Shown: positions 30,508 to 40,172, counted from the stretch's first letter. The stretch is DNA of 64,000 bases from Gemmatimonadota bacterium (GCA_031375485.1 JANMHX010000287.1:10644-74643), one strand, 5' to 3'. A program made the numbers and translations. Notes: a model not told the origin generated them from the sequence alone.

Positions 30508-32631
30508 ATGGCCCCTCGTCTGTTCAAAAGCCTGTCGCGATGGTGGCACTCCCCGACGATTCGGTACCGGATTCTGCTCACGGTCGGAGCCGGCATCATG
30601 TTCGGAAGCTCCCTGGCGCTGGGCGCCTGGCTGAACGTCTGTGCCCCGGTCGGCTCGTGCCCTTCCATTGCCGGCCTCGAGTCCTACGACCCCGACCAGG
30701 CCTCCAAAGTCTATGCCGCCGACGGCCGCTTGGTGACTGATTTTGGACAGACCCGCCGGACCGTCGTTCCCCTGAAACAGATCTCACCGGCGGTGATCGC
30801 GGCCGTGCTCGCTACCGAGGACCGGCGGTTCTACCAGCATGGGGGCATCGACTGGTACCGGGTCCTCGGGTCGTTCAAAGCCCTGTTTGCCGGCAAACGG
30901 CTCCAAGGATTTTCGACCATCACCATGCAACTCGCGCGCAATCTCTGGCCCGATGAACTGCCGGCCGATATGCGCTCGGGGTTTCTCGGGGTAACCCGGA
31001 AACTCCGCGAGGCGCGGATGGCCTTGGAGATCGAGCGGAACTACCGGAAGGACAAGATTCTCGAACTGTATCTGAACCAGATCAATCTCGGGAACGGGGC
31101 GTACGGCGTCGAGACTGCGGCCTCCCGGTATTTCGGCAAGCCGGCCAAACAGCTCAACGTGGCCGAAGGCGCCATGCTGGCCGCCATTCCTCGGGCCCCG
31201 ACCCGGTACAACCCCCGCCGGAACCCCGACTTTGCAGTGCAGCGGCGGAACCTGGTGATCAACCTGTTGCGCGACCAAGGTAAGCTGTCCCGGGAGTCGG
31301 CCGAGGCCTGGAAGGCCTATCCCCTGGCGCTCTCCTCCCGCTCCGATTTCAACGGCGTCGGCGATTACTTCGTGGAATATGTCCGGCAATTGCTCCAGGC
31401 CCGCTTTGGCTCGGAACTCTATCGTTCCGGGTTGCGCGTCTACACCACGCTGGATCTGGATATGCAGCAGGCGGCGGAACGGGCGCTTGAGGCGCAGTTG
31501 ATCAAAATCGAGGAGGATCCCAAGGCGTACGGCAAGTTCCCGCATCAGACCTTTCGCCAGTATCTCGACCAACGAGATCCGAATGCCACCGAGGACGATC
31601 AGGGCCCGTTCTCGCCGTACCTCCAAGGCGCGATCACCACGATCGAAGTGAAGACCGGGTACATCCGGGCCTTAGTCGGCGGCCGCGATTTTGCCGACTC
31701 GAAGTACAACCGCGCCACCCAGGCCGAGCGGCAGGCGGGCTCGACCTTCAAGCCCTTCGTGTATTCGGCGGCGCTCAAGGCCGGCTACCGGCTGAGCGAT
31801 ATGTACGAAGACGGACCGGTCGCGGTCCCGTTGGACAATCAGCCGCCGTGGTCGCCCAAGAACTACGACAACAAGTACCGGGGCCGGATGAGTATGCGGG
31901 AAGGGCTCTACGATTCCCGCAATACCGTGGCGGTGCGGGTGGGGCTCGATGTCGGCGTCGATGCCGTGGTCAAGGAAGCCGCCGCCGCCGGGATCGCGAG
32001 CCGGATTCCGAGAGTGCCCTCGATCTTCATCGGGGCGGCCGAGGTTACCCCGCTCGAAATCACCTCGGCGTACGGGACCTTTGCCAATTTGGGCGTGCGG
32101 GTTGCGCCGGTTGCGATTCTTCGGGTCGAAGACCGGAGCGGCAACATCATCTGGCAACCCGAGAGCAAACAGACCCGGACCATGGACGTTGGGCACGCCT
32201 GGCTGATCCTCGACGGCCTTCGCGATGTCCTTCGAAAGGGCACCGCCGCCGGCGTCATGCCTCGGGCCGGAATCAACCTGCCCGCCGGCGGCAAGACCGG
32301 CACGACCAACGACGGAATGGATGTCTGGTTCATCGGCTTTACTCCGGATCTGGTGACCGGCGTCTGGATGGGCTTCGACCGCAAGCAGGTCATCATGCGG
32401 GACGCCCAGGGCGGCCGGCTCGCGGCCCCGGCCTGGGGCGCCATGATGAAAGACGTGTACGAGCGGCGCAAGGTGCCCCCCGCCTGGCCGATGCCCGCGG
32501 GTCTCATCTCGCTCGAGGTCGACCACTCGACCGGATATCTCGCCACCGGCGCCTGTCCCAAGGACAAGGTCGGGCCCGAGTTCTACTTCCCGGGAACCGA
32601 ACCGACCGAACGCTGCCCGATCCACCGGTGA
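30508..32631 (+). CDS. penicillin-binding protein 1A (bifunctional transglycosylase/transpeptidase)
   Basis: Glycosyltransferase motifs [12 protein letters not shown] and [13 protein letters not shown]. Transpeptidase motifs STFK, SRN and KTGTT. Confidence 0.9.
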   Translation: MAPRLFKSLSRWWHSPTIRYRILLTVGAGIMFGSSLALGAWLNVCAPVGSCPSIAGLESYDPDQASKVYAADGRLVTDFGQTRRTVVPLKQISPAVIAAVLATEDRRFYQHGGIDWYRVLGSFKALFAGKRLQGFSTITMQLARNLWPDELPADMRSGFLGVTRKLREARMALEIERNYRKDKILELYLNQINLGNGAYGVETAASRYFGKPAKQLNVAEGAMLAAIPRAPTRYNPRRNPDFAVQRRNLVINLLRDQGKLSRESAEAWKAYPLALSSRSDFNGVGDYFVEYVRQLLQARFGSELYRSGLRVYTTLDLDMQQAAERALEAQLIKIEEDPKAYGKFPHQTFRQYLDQRDPNATEDDQGPFSPYLQGAITTIEVKTGYIRALVGGRDFADSKYNRATQAERQAGSTFKPFVYSAALKAGYRLSDMYEDGPVAVPLDNQPPWSPKNYDNKYRGRMSMREGLYDSRNTVAVRVGLDVGVDAVVKEAAAAGIASRIPRVPSIFIGAAEVTPLEITSAYGTFANLGVRVAPVAILRVEDRSGNIIWQPESKQTRTMDVGHAWLILDGLRDVLRKGTAAGVMPRAGINLPAGGKTGTTNDGMDVWFIGFTPDLVTGVWMGFDRKQVIMRDAQGGRLAAPAWGAMMKDVYERRKVPPAWPMPAGLISLEVDHSTGYLATGACPKDKVGPEFYFPGTEPTERCPIHR

Positions 32632-33911
32632 GCCTCGCGCCGGCCGTGAGAATCCGCCTAACGGCCGACTGGGTCGTCCCGGTCTCGTCGCCCCCGATCG
32701 AGCAGGGAGCGGTGTTGGTTGGCCCGGACGGCCGGATCGAAGCGGTCGGGGCCGCGGGCCGGGTGCCCGAGCCGCCTGGAGTCGTCACCCGGTCGTTTCC
32801 CGGCGCCGCCCTGATGCCGGGGCTCGTCAACACCCACACCCATTTGGAACTCACCGGGTTGGCCGGCCAGGTCGAGGAAACCGATTTCTCGGCCTGGATC
32901 CGTGGCGTCCGGGGGGTCAAGGCCGGTCTCGGCGCGGAGTGGTTCGCCGCCGCCGCCCGCCAGGGCGTGCGGGACGGGTTCGCGGCCGGGATCACCACCG
33001 TACTCGACACCGGGGACTCGGGGGCCGTTCTCCAGGCCTTAGTCGACCTCGGGGGTGCTGGGGTGGCCTACCAGGAGGTGTTTGGCCCCGATCCGGTCCA
33101 ATGCGACGAGAGTATCCGGGGCCTTCGAGACCGGGTTCGGGAGCTCCGGCCTCACGCCCGGGGCCGGGTCCGACTCGGCGTGTCGCCGCATGCCCCGTAC
33201 ACGGTCAGCGGGCCCCTCTACCGGGCCGTCGCGGAGTACGCGAGGTCGGAAGGCCTGCCCCTCGCCGTGCACTTGGCCGAATCTCCCGCCGAAACGATGC
33301 TGGTGGCCGGCCACGTCGGTCCCTTTGCCGAAGCATGGAATGCCAGGGGCATTCCCCCAGTGGCCCGGCATGGAGACCTCGGGGCGGCCGCCCGGCGGTC
33401 ACCGGTCAGCTGGCTCGATGCCCACGGGGTGCTCGGTCCGGACACACTCTGCATCCACACCGTGCAGCTCGACCAAGCCGATCTGGATATCCTGGTGGCC
33501 CGGCGGGTCCCGGTGGCCCACTGTCCCGTTTCCAATGCCCGCCACGGGCATGGGAACGCCCCGTTGGGGCGGTTGCTGGCGGCCGGGGTTCGAGTCGGGC
33601 TCGGCACCGACTCCGTGATCAGCGTCGGGCAACTGGATCTTTGGGCCGAAATGCGGGCAGCGGCCGCCTTGGCCGGGCTGACCCCGGGCCAGGCGCTGGC
33701 CCTGGCCACCGTGGACGGCGCCCGGTTGATCGGGGCCGAGGCCGAGGTCGGGTGGCTCGGGGCGGGTACCTTTGCCGACCTGATTGCGGTTGAGCTGGCG
33801 CCCGAGACCCATGACCAGCCGGTCGAGGCCCGCCTGCTGGCCGCCGGCCCCGGTAACGTTCTGGCCACATTTGCCTCGGGTCGGCCGGTCTTCCGGCGGG
33901 GGGGCGCTTGA
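32628..33911 (+). CDS. amidohydrolase-family protein (chlorohydrolase/deaminase-like)
   Basis: PGLVNTHTHLELTG, HLAES, HCPVSN and GTDS metal-site pattern. The GTG overlaps the PBP1A stop (GTGA). Confidence 0.75.
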   Translation: MSLAPAVRIRLTADWVVPVSSPPIEQGAVLVGPDGRIEAVGAAGRVPEPPGVVTRSFPGAALMPGLVNTHTHLELTGLAGQVEETDFSAWIRGVRGVKAGLGAEWFAAAARQGVRDGFAAGITTVLDTGDSGAVLQALVDLGGAGVAYQEVFGPDPVQCDESIRGLRDRVRELRPHARGRVRLGVSPHAPYTVSGPLYRAVAEYARSEGLPLAVHLAESPAETMLVAGHVGPFAEAWNARGIPPVARHGDLGAAARRSPVSWLDAHGVLGPDTLCIHTVQLDQADLDILVARRVPVAHCPVSNARHGHGNAPLGRLLAAGVRVGLGTDSVISVGQLDLWAEMRAAAALAGLTPGQALALATVDGARLIGAEAEVGWLGAGTFADLIAVELAPETHDQPVEARLLAAGPGNVLATFASGRPVFRRGGA

Positions 33912-34516
33912 TCTTCCTACCCCCTTGTTCCTACAATGCTAGTGTCTCACGACGCGGAGAACTGGCGGTGCGATGTCTCGCGCTCAACGCATCATTTGAA
34001 CCCCTGACGATGGTCCCGCTTCGGCGGGCCCTCCGCTTGGTGATCGACGGCAAGGCCGAGATCGTCGAAGCGGAGGGAGGGGAACAGATGCGGAGCGCGA
34101 GGCTCGCGCTCCCTAAACCGGCGATCATCCGGTTGGTCAAGTTCGTCCACGTGCCCCGGAAGTTCCGCCGGCAGGTGACGAACACCTTCCTGTTCGCCCG
34201 GGACGCCTACACCTGCCAGTATTGCGATCGGCATCAGAACGAACTTCGCCCCCGCGAGTGCCTGACCCGCGATCACCTGCTTCCGATTTCCAGGGGTGGT
34301 GGCAACGATTGGCGGAACGTGGTCACGGCCTGCAGCACCTGCAACACGAAGAAAGGCAACCGGTTGCCCGAGGAGTGCGGGATGCACCCGTCCACCTCGC
34401 CGATGGAGCCGCACTTCGTTCACTTGTCGTGGGCGGTTCGCCGGTTGACCCACACCCAGGCGAAGTACATCCGGCTGTTCTACGGCCCCGAAGCCCTCCG
34501 CGCCATCGGCGGGTAG
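33908..34516 (+). CDS. HNH endonuclease
   Basis: CQYC...DHLLPISRGGGNDWRNVVTACSTCNTKKGN motif. The TTG at 33908 overlaps the upstream stop (TTGA). An alternative GTG lies at 33968. Confidence 0.75.
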   Translation: MIFLPPCSYNASVSRRGELAVRCLALNASFEPLTMVPLRRALRLVIDGKAEIVEAEGGEQMRSARLALPKPAIIRLVKFVHVPRKFRRQVTNTFLFARDAYTCQYCDRHQNELRPRECLTRDHLLPISRGGGNDWRNVVTACSTCNTKKGNRLPEECGMHPSTSPMEPHFVHLSWAVRRLTHTQAKYIRLFYGPEALRAIGG

Positions 34517-34517
34517 G

Positions 34518-35168
34518 CTACTCCTCCGGCTTGACTTCGAATTGTTCCGATCGGGTGCCGAGCACTTGGCTCGGCAACCCCGCGATTCGGAGCAGGAACC
34601 GCCGGATCCCCCGCCCAACCACGGTTCCAGGCTCCGGGGTCTCGAGCGTCGGATCACCGGCTAAGAACTGTTCCAATTGGTCCAGGTCCTGGTCGGACAA
34701 CGCCGTGATCCGCACCGACAGGGTGTAATAGAACCGCCCGGCCCGCGTCGGCATCCACTCGATCCGCTGGGGTTTGTCGAGTTCCCGGACCGCGGAATCG
34801 CGGACCGCGAACCGAAGCGGCCGGCCGGGCCGGCCCGAGACGACGCGGGTCACGGAGTACTCCTCCTGGAGCGGCTCCTTGATCACGATCGCCTGCCACT
34901 CGACCGACCCAAGAAACTCGTCGATCCAACCTTCCCGCGATCGCCACGACTCGAGCGTATACGACACCACCAGGGGCAGCGAATTGTCGAGCGCCTCGTC
35001 CCACCGCGGGTCGGCGAGGAGGCTCTTGAGGGAGACCACCGCCCGTCGGGCCCCGGTCCGGTGGACGGCGGTATCGAGACTCATCGAGACCACGACCGAG
35101 CGTGACTGGGCCTGTGCTCCCGAGCACACCGCCACCAGCCCGGCCACCACCAAGGACGATCGGCGCAT
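34518..35168 (-). CDS. secreted 216-aa protein, DUF4390-like (tentative)
   Basis: Signal peptide MRRSSLVVAGLVAVCSGAQA. The ATG at 35168 shares 1 nt with the upstream stop. The pattern LPLVVSYTLESWRSREGWIDEFLGSVEW recalls DUF4390, but that match is from memory and unverified. Confidence 0.5.
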   Translation of the reverse strand: MRRSSLVVAGLVAVCSGAQAQSRSVVVSMSLDTAVHRTGARRAVVSLKSLLADPRWDEALDNSLPLVVSYTLESWRSREGWIDEFLGSVEWQAIVIKEPLQEEYSVTRVVSGRPGRPLRFAVRDSAVRELDKPQRIEWMPTRAGRFYYTLSVRITALSDQDLDQLEQFLAGDPTLETPEPGTVVGRGIRRFLLRIAGLPSQVLGTRSEQFEVKPEE

Positions 35169-36964
35169 CAAAATCGCCGCTGGAGTCGGAGGGCAAACCG
35201 GAACGACCGATTGACGGCCACCGATTTGGCGAGGTACACCCCGATCCCGCCGGCGTCGATGCCGACACCGACATCGGCATCCCATTCCCCGAACTTCGGG
35301 ATCCGGTTGTTCGGCACTCGCCCGGGGCCGTCGCCGGTGAGCCAGGCCTTGCCGGCGTCCGCGAGCAGCACCAACTCCGCCCGTTCGATACCCAAGATCT
35401 GCTGGAAGGCGGCCAACTCGGCGTTCCGGATCCGGAACGGCAGGTTGATCGGCAGGTTGGTCCGGACTTCGAGCTGGGCGGCCAGGATCCGATCGCAAAG
35501 CGAAGCCTGGCTCTGGTCGGAAAACCCCGGTGGGGCGCAGTTCAGGTCGCGAAACCCGAACCCGGGCAGGATGTCGGGACCGCCTAACGACACGCGGCGC
35601 TGCACCGGCAACGGGTCGCCCCCGACCCACCCCGCGCCCAAGATCCGAAGGTTGATCCGAGTGTTCGGGTTGAACCTTGCGTATCGAGCCACGTCGAACC
35701 GGAGCTTCGAGGACGCATACCGACCCGGTTCGATCGGCGGCCGGACCGCGGCCGGGAGGGCCACCGGCGAGGCGTCGTCGCTCCGGCTGCTCTCGAAATC
35801 CGCGTGGAGTTTCCACCCGGTGGAGGGCCGGGCCTGGTCGTTTCGGGTGTCGTAGTCCACCGACAGCCTGCTGGTGCGATAGAACCCGTCATCGATCAGC
35901 GGATTCGGGCGCCAGGTGTCTTGGTTGCGGAGCAGGGAGACCGGATCGCTCGACGGGACCGAGCGCTCGTTGTCACCCCGAACCGACAGGCCGAGCCGGA
36001 GGGTCGACAGCGGCGCCACGCTGACGTAGCCCTCGAGGCCCCGGGCCTCGAAGTGATCGCGGTAGTCGCGCTGGAACAGAAAGGCCGACCACCCCGCCTC
36101 GCCTTTGGTCAACGGCTGGTCTTCGATCGGCTGGATCTGCCGGTAGCCGCGGGCCCCGAAGCTGAGCCACCGGCGGGCCGCTCCGGCCCGGAATTCAGTC
36201 GACACCACAAAGCCGATGTCGTCGCGGAGTTTGGTGCGATCGCTGGTCGGCCTGAAAATGCCCCGGAGATCGAGCCTCGCATCCGCTCGGTCGGAGCCCT
36301 GGGTCGTGAAGGAGGGCCCGAACACGATCGGCAGCCCTTCGACCCGGTTGTAGGTCCGGCCGGTCTCCAAGCTCAACTCGGTGTTGATCCGGCCGGTCTG
36401 GAACGACGTCCGCGCCGAGGCAATGTCGCCGAGCGGCTTCCGCCGTTCCCGCGCCTCGAGCAGGCCGTTCGGCTTTCGGAACACCGGTGCCAACGCGTCG
36501 TAGGTCGTCCGCTCGCCCTCGAGTCGTCCGCCCGGCCGGACCTCAATCCGCCCGCCGGTGACCAACACCGGCCCAAGGACCGTACCTCCCGGCCCGATGA
36601 TCAAGTCGCCGTTGATGACAATGACCGACCCGGCGATGGTCCCGTTGACCCGGAGCGTCCCCCGGTACACCGCCACCCGCCCCTCCAACCGGGCCCCCGC
36701 CGGCAGCAAGAAGCTCCCGCCGAATCGCGTCGTCGCGCTATCGTTGAAGACCGCCACCACCTGCCGCACCACCTCGCCCGGCAGGCTCCGCACCACCGTC
36801 GTATCCGTCTCCGGCAGCGGCCGAATGATGACCAAACTATCCTGGGCCCAAGCTCTCCCCGCCCCCATGACCCCCAACCCGAAAACCAGCGCCCAAGCCG
36901 AGCGCCGAGTGCCGAGTGCCGAGTGCCGAGCGCCGAGCGCCGAGTGCCGAGCGCCGAGTCTCAC
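35168..36964 (-). CDS. Omp85/surface-antigen (D15) family beta-barrel with N-terminal bactofilin-like beta-helix and no POTRA domain
   Basis: Signal peptide ending AWA-QD, and the beta-helix repeat GRVAVYRGTLRVNGTIAGSVIVINGDLIIGPGGTVLGPVLVTGG. Barrel motifs are ARGY, LGGPDILPGFGF and ADAGKAW, with a terminal RRF. Confidence 0.7.
   Translation of the reverse strand: MRLGARHSALGARHSALGTRRSAWALVFGLGVMGAGRAWAQDSLVIIRPLPETDTTVVRSLPGEVVRQVVAVFNDSATTRFGGSFLLPAGARLEGRVAVYRGTLRVNGTIAGSVIVINGDLIIGPGGTVLGPVLVTGGRIEVRPGGRLEGERTTYDALAPVFRKPNGLLEARERRKPLGDIASARTSFQTGRINTELSLETGRTYNRVEGLPIVFGPSFTTQGSDRADARLDLRGIFRPTSDRTKLRDDIGFVVSTEFRAGAARRWLSFGARGYRQIQPIEDQPLTKGEAGWSAFLFQRDYRDHFEARGLEGYVSVAPLSTLRLGLSVRGDNERSVPSSDPVSLLRNQDTWRPNPLIDDGFYRTSRLSVDYDTRNDQARPSTGWKLHADFESSRSDDASPVALPAAVRPPIEPGRYASSKLRFDVARYARFNPNTRINLRILGAGWVGGDPLPVQRRVSLGGPDILPGFGFRDLNCAPPGFSDQSQASLCDRILAAQLEVRTNLPINLPFRIRNAELAAFQQILGIERAELVLLADAGKAWLTGDGPGRVPNNRIPKFGEWDADVGVGIDAGGIGVYLAKSVAVNRSFRFALRLQRRF
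36897..36959. repeat. tandem heptamer array (GCCGAGY)x9
   Basis: Nine contiguous 7-nt units counted base by base. They correspond to codons 2-22 of the Omp85-like ORF. Confidence 0.9.
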
Positions 36965-38340
36965 GACAACCCCAACCGCTTCATTCGCCGGTACAAGTTG
37001 GCTCGGTCGGTCTGCAGCGCCCGGGCCGCCTCCGCCACGTTGCCTTGCGCCCGTGCCAGTCCTTCCCGGACCAACGCCCGCTCGTAGTCATCGAGCAAGT
37101 TGGAGAGCGAGCGCCCTTGGAGATCGAGACTCCCGGGCTGGGCAACCACTTCGGTCACCGGGCCGGGTTCGGTCCGCCCCCGGGAACGCGGCAACACCTG
37201 GCGAACCAGGGCGGCGTCGATTTCCGGACCCCCGATGATCGAGAGCCGCTCGATGACATTGGCCAGCTCCCGGACATTGCCGGGCCAGTCGTACGACGCC
37301 ATCGACGCCAGGGCTTCGGCGGTGAAAGCCGGAGCCTGATGACCCCGAATTCGTTCCGCCAGATGGGCGATCAATGCCGGGAGATCCTCGAGCCGATGCC
37401 GAAGCGGGGGCAGTTCGATCGGAAACACAGCCAGCCGGAAGTACAGGTCTTCGCGGAAGGTGCCGGCGGCTACCGCTTGGTCCAGTCGCTGGTTCGTGGC
37501 CGAGATGACTCGGACGTCAACTCGCTGGACCCGCTCGGCGCCGAGTCGCTGGATCTCGCCGGTTTCGAGGACCCGAAGCAACTTGGCCTGCGCCTCCAAG
37601 TTCAGATCGCCGACTTCGTCGAGAAACAGGGTGCCCCCGTCGGCCAGTTCGAACCGGCCCATCCGCCGCTCCGTGGCCCCGGTGAACGCGCCCCGTTCAT
37701 GGCCGAACATCTCACTCTCGACCAAGTCGCGCGGAATCGCGGCGCAGTTCACCGACACGATCGGCTTTCCGGCCCGACGCCCGGCCTGGTGAATCGCGTT
37801 GGCCACCAGTTCCTTGCCGGTACCCGACTCCCCGTACACCAAGACGCGGGCCTCGGTCGGGGCTACCTGCGAAATCGCCTCGGCCACTTTCCGCATGCCC
37901 TCGGTCGTGCCCACCATCTCGATCCGGGGCCGCTTGAGCTGGGACTTGAGAGCCCGGTTCTCGGCCTGGGTCCGGGTCAGTTCCAGCGCCGACCGGAGCG
38001 TGATCAACACCGCTTCGGGTGTCAGGGGCTTTTCGAGAAATTGGAAGGCGCCGTGCTTGATGGCCCGGACGGCGTCGGTCAGCTGGGCCTTGCCGCTCAT
38101 CATGATCACCGGGACGCTCTCGTCACGTTCCCGGATTTTTTCCAAGGTCGCGATCCCGTCAGGCCCCGGTGGCATCATTAAGTCGAGCAGGATCGCGTCG
38201 GGGTGGTCGCCGTCGATGGCGAGGAGGGCCGCGTTGCCGTTCGGGGCTTCGGTGACATCAAAGCCCTCCGACTTGAGCAAGGCCCCGAGCATCCGCCGGA
38301 TGTTGGCTTCGTCGTCTACGATCAAGACGCGTGTGGTCAT
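36961..38340 (-). CDS. sigma-54-dependent response regulator (NtrC/NtrX family)
   Basis: Receiver domain VLIVDDE...LLDLMMP, Walker A GESGTGKE, GAFTGA loop and a Fis-type HTH NVAEAARALQTDRANLYRRMKRLGL. Confidence 0.9.
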   Translation of the reverse strand: MTTRVLIVDDEANIRRMLGALLKSEGFDVTEAPNGNAALLAIDGDHPDAILLDLMMPPGPDGIATLEKIRERDESVPVIMMSGKAQLTDAVRAIKHGAFQFLEKPLTPEAVLITLRSALELTRTQAENRALKSQLKRPRIEMVGTTEGMRKVAEAISQVAPTEARVLVYGESGTGKELVANAIHQAGRRAGKPIVSVNCAAIPRDLVESEMFGHERGAFTGATERRMGRFELADGGTLFLDEVGDLNLEAQAKLLRVLETGEIQRLGAERVQRVDVRVISATNQRLDQAVAAGTFREDLYFRLAVFPIELPPLRHRLEDLPALIAHLAERIRGHQAPAFTAEALASMASYDWPGNVRELANVIERLSIIGGPEIDAALVRQVLPRSRGRTEPGPVTEVVAQPGSLDLQGRSLSNLLDDYERALVREGLARAQGNVAEAARALQTDRANLYRRMKRLGLS

Positions 38341-39599
38341 CGTTGGTTCGTCCGCCGGTCCGCGACTCGGCGCTCCACGTAAGGTCGGTCGGTTGGTCGA
38401 GTCTTGGCGCTTTCAGGCAAGAGCGGGAGCCAGATCACGAACGTTGCCCCCCCGCCCGGCGTCTCGGCCACCTCGATCGTGCCCTGATGCAAGTCGACCG
38501 ATTGCTTCACGATGGCGAGGCCGAGACCGGTGCCGTCGCTCTTCTCCGTGAAATACGGCTCGAACACCCGACTTCGTTTCGTCGGGGGAATTCCGGGGCC
38601 TTGGTCTGCAATGGACACCCGAACCCCCCCCTGCCACGGACGGATGGTCACCTCGATTCGGCCTTCCCCGAGCATGGCTTCGGCGGCGTTTCGAATCACG
38701 TTCGCAAACGCCCGCCGGAGGGCGTCATAGTGACCCACCACGTGAGGCGTTTCGGGGGTGACCTGGAGGTGCCCTTCGATCTCCACGGGCAACGACGTCC
38801 GGAGCAACTCGCCCAGCAGTTCGCCCAAGTCGACTTCAGCCGGCGGCCCTTCCGGGAGCCGGCCGAGGTTGGCAAAGTCCCGCGCCAGCTGTTCCAGGCG
38901 GCTCGATTCGGTCCGGAGCACGTCCAACGCCTCTTCCTGCTCCGGATTGGCGTTCCGACTGAGCGAGGTGACGGCAAATCGGATCGGCGTGAGAGGGTTC
39001 TTCATTTCGTGGGCAACCCGGCGGGCCACTTCTCGAAACGCCCGGAGCCGCTCGGACTCGAGCTCGGACCTCCGGGCCTGGGCCAAGCCGGCGGCCATGT
39101 CCCGGAGGGCCGTTCGGAGCGAAGCGAACTCCGGGGCGCCCGACCGCGGCGGGTCGGCCGGCAGCGGTTCGTTCCGTTGGATGTGGCCGGTCCACCCCAC
39201 CAATTCGTCGATCGGCCAGCTGAGCTGCGCAGCCAGATTCCGGCCGAGAAAGATCGCGGCGTAGAACAGCACCGTGCCGAGCACGGCCAGCAGGATGGCG
39301 CGGCCGTAGGTCTCCAGGCGCTTGTAGATATAGGCCTGCTGCGAGACCCGGAGGGCCTCGTTGAGACGGACTTTGTAGTGGTTGAGCGCCTGGACTTCCG
39401 GCGGGGAGAGGCGAGTGGTGTCGAGGGTGTTGAGGAGTCGAATCCCGGATTCACGGAGGGGGCGGACGACGGCTTGAGCGGCCTTGGCGGGGTTGTAGCG
39501 GATCGTGGAATACGCCCACCCGAACATCGCCATGGCCGAGGGCAGGGCGATCAGGAACAGGGTGAGGGAGATCCGCCCGCGAAAGGTCAGCCCGCGCAT
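38337..39599 (-). CDS. sensor histidine kinase, NtrY-like
   Basis: Two TM helices, a HAMP-like linker, H-box HEMKNPLTPI, N-box IRNAAEAM and G-boxes DQGPGI and GTGLGLAIV. ATGA overlap with the regulator. Confidence 0.85.
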   Translation of the reverse strand: MRGLTFRGRISLTLFLIALPSAMAMFGWAYSTIRYNPAKAAQAVVRPLRESGIRLLNTLDTTRLSPPEVQALNHYKVRLNEALRVSQQAYIYKRLETYGRAILLAVLGTVLFYAAIFLGRNLAAQLSWPIDELVGWTGHIQRNEPLPADPPRSGAPEFASLRTALRDMAAGLAQARRSELESERLRAFREVARRVAHEMKNPLTPIRFAVTSLSRNANPEQEEALDVLRTESSRLEQLARDFANLGRLPEGPPAEVDLGELLGELLRTSLPVEIEGHLQVTPETPHVVGHYDALRRAFANVIRNAAEAMLGEGRIEVTIRPWQGGVRVSIADQGPGIPPTKRSRVFEPYFTEKSDGTGLGLAIVKQSVDLHQGTIEVAETPGGGATFVIWLPLLPESAKTRPTDRPYVERRVADRRTNQR

Positions 39600-39606
39600 G
39601 AGTCAA

Positions 39607-39612
39607 ATAGTA
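39607..39612 (-). promoter_or_regulatory. -10-like hexamer TACTAT, 7 nt upstream of the kinase ATG
   Basis: The minus strand reads TACTAT-ttgactc-ATG (39599). Confidence 0.3.
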
Positions 39613-39643
39613 ACGTCTCATGAGTGGAATCGGCGCACTCTAG

Positions 39644-39664
39644 CGGCCGTCCCGGGGACGGCCG
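39644..39664 (-). terminator. GC-rich hairpin downstream of the 167-aa membrane protein gene
   Basis: cggccgtccc-g-gggacggccg is a near-perfect palindrome. No U-tract follows. Confidence 0.35.
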
Positions 39665-39668
39665 GTTT

Positions 39669-40172
39669 CTACTCGGACCCTGGGCGCATGACCAACGGCG
39701 AGGTAGACCGGCCGGCGCTTGGACTGCCCGCTGTGGCTCGGAGGCCGGCGAGCCCCAGCCAACCCAGTGAAATCGCGGCCAGCATGAGTTTGAGGGCGGC
39801 TTTGCCCGCTCCAATCTCGACGCCTCGACGGAGCTCCTCTGACGTGGCCCGGCGCACCTCTAACGCATCGAGGCCAAACCCAGTCACCGCAATGACCAGG
39901 ATGACGGCAACCACGAGACTCGTGATCGCAGCAGTCCGGGTGGTTCGGCGGTGCCCCGAGAACCAGGACACCATCAGCACGACCATCACGCCGAGCAAGG
40001 GGGTCAAGAGGTAGCCCGAGAGGATCCCGACCGCTCCGTAGCGCCATTCAATTTGAGAGGGGGCAAATGGCCAGACCGTGGCCCCAAAGTCCAAGACCGA
40101 GAGCCCGATGAGGAGGAGGGCCAGGTAGTAGAGCGGCCCGGCAAAGCCCCCGAGTTGAGCTGGTTTGCTCAT
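39669..40172 (-). CDS. hypothetical integral membrane protein (about 4 TM helices)
   Basis: ATG at 40172 with GGAGA 8 nt upstream. The longer ORF start at 40217 would overlap the terminator. Confidence 0.5.
   Translation of the reverse strand: MSKPAQLGGFAGPLYYLALLLIGLSVLDFGATVWPFAPSQIEWRYGAVGILSGYLLTPLLGVMVVLMVSWFSGHRRTTRTAAITSLVVAVILVIAVTGFGLDALEVRRATSEELRRGVEIGAGKAALKLMLAAISLGWLGLAGLRATAGSPSAGRSTSPLVMRPGSE

Noticed and set aside
33908-34516. The HNH endonuclease as part of a restriction-modification system.
   Set aside because: No methyltransferase or specificity gene is nearby. The neighbours are PBP1A, an amidohydrolase and the convergent envelope module.
36897-36959. Whether the short tandem repeats could be a CRISPR array.
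   Set aside because: The units are 7 nt with no spacers, and no cas genes are present. No CRISPR-like repeat-spacer structure was seen anywhere in the window.
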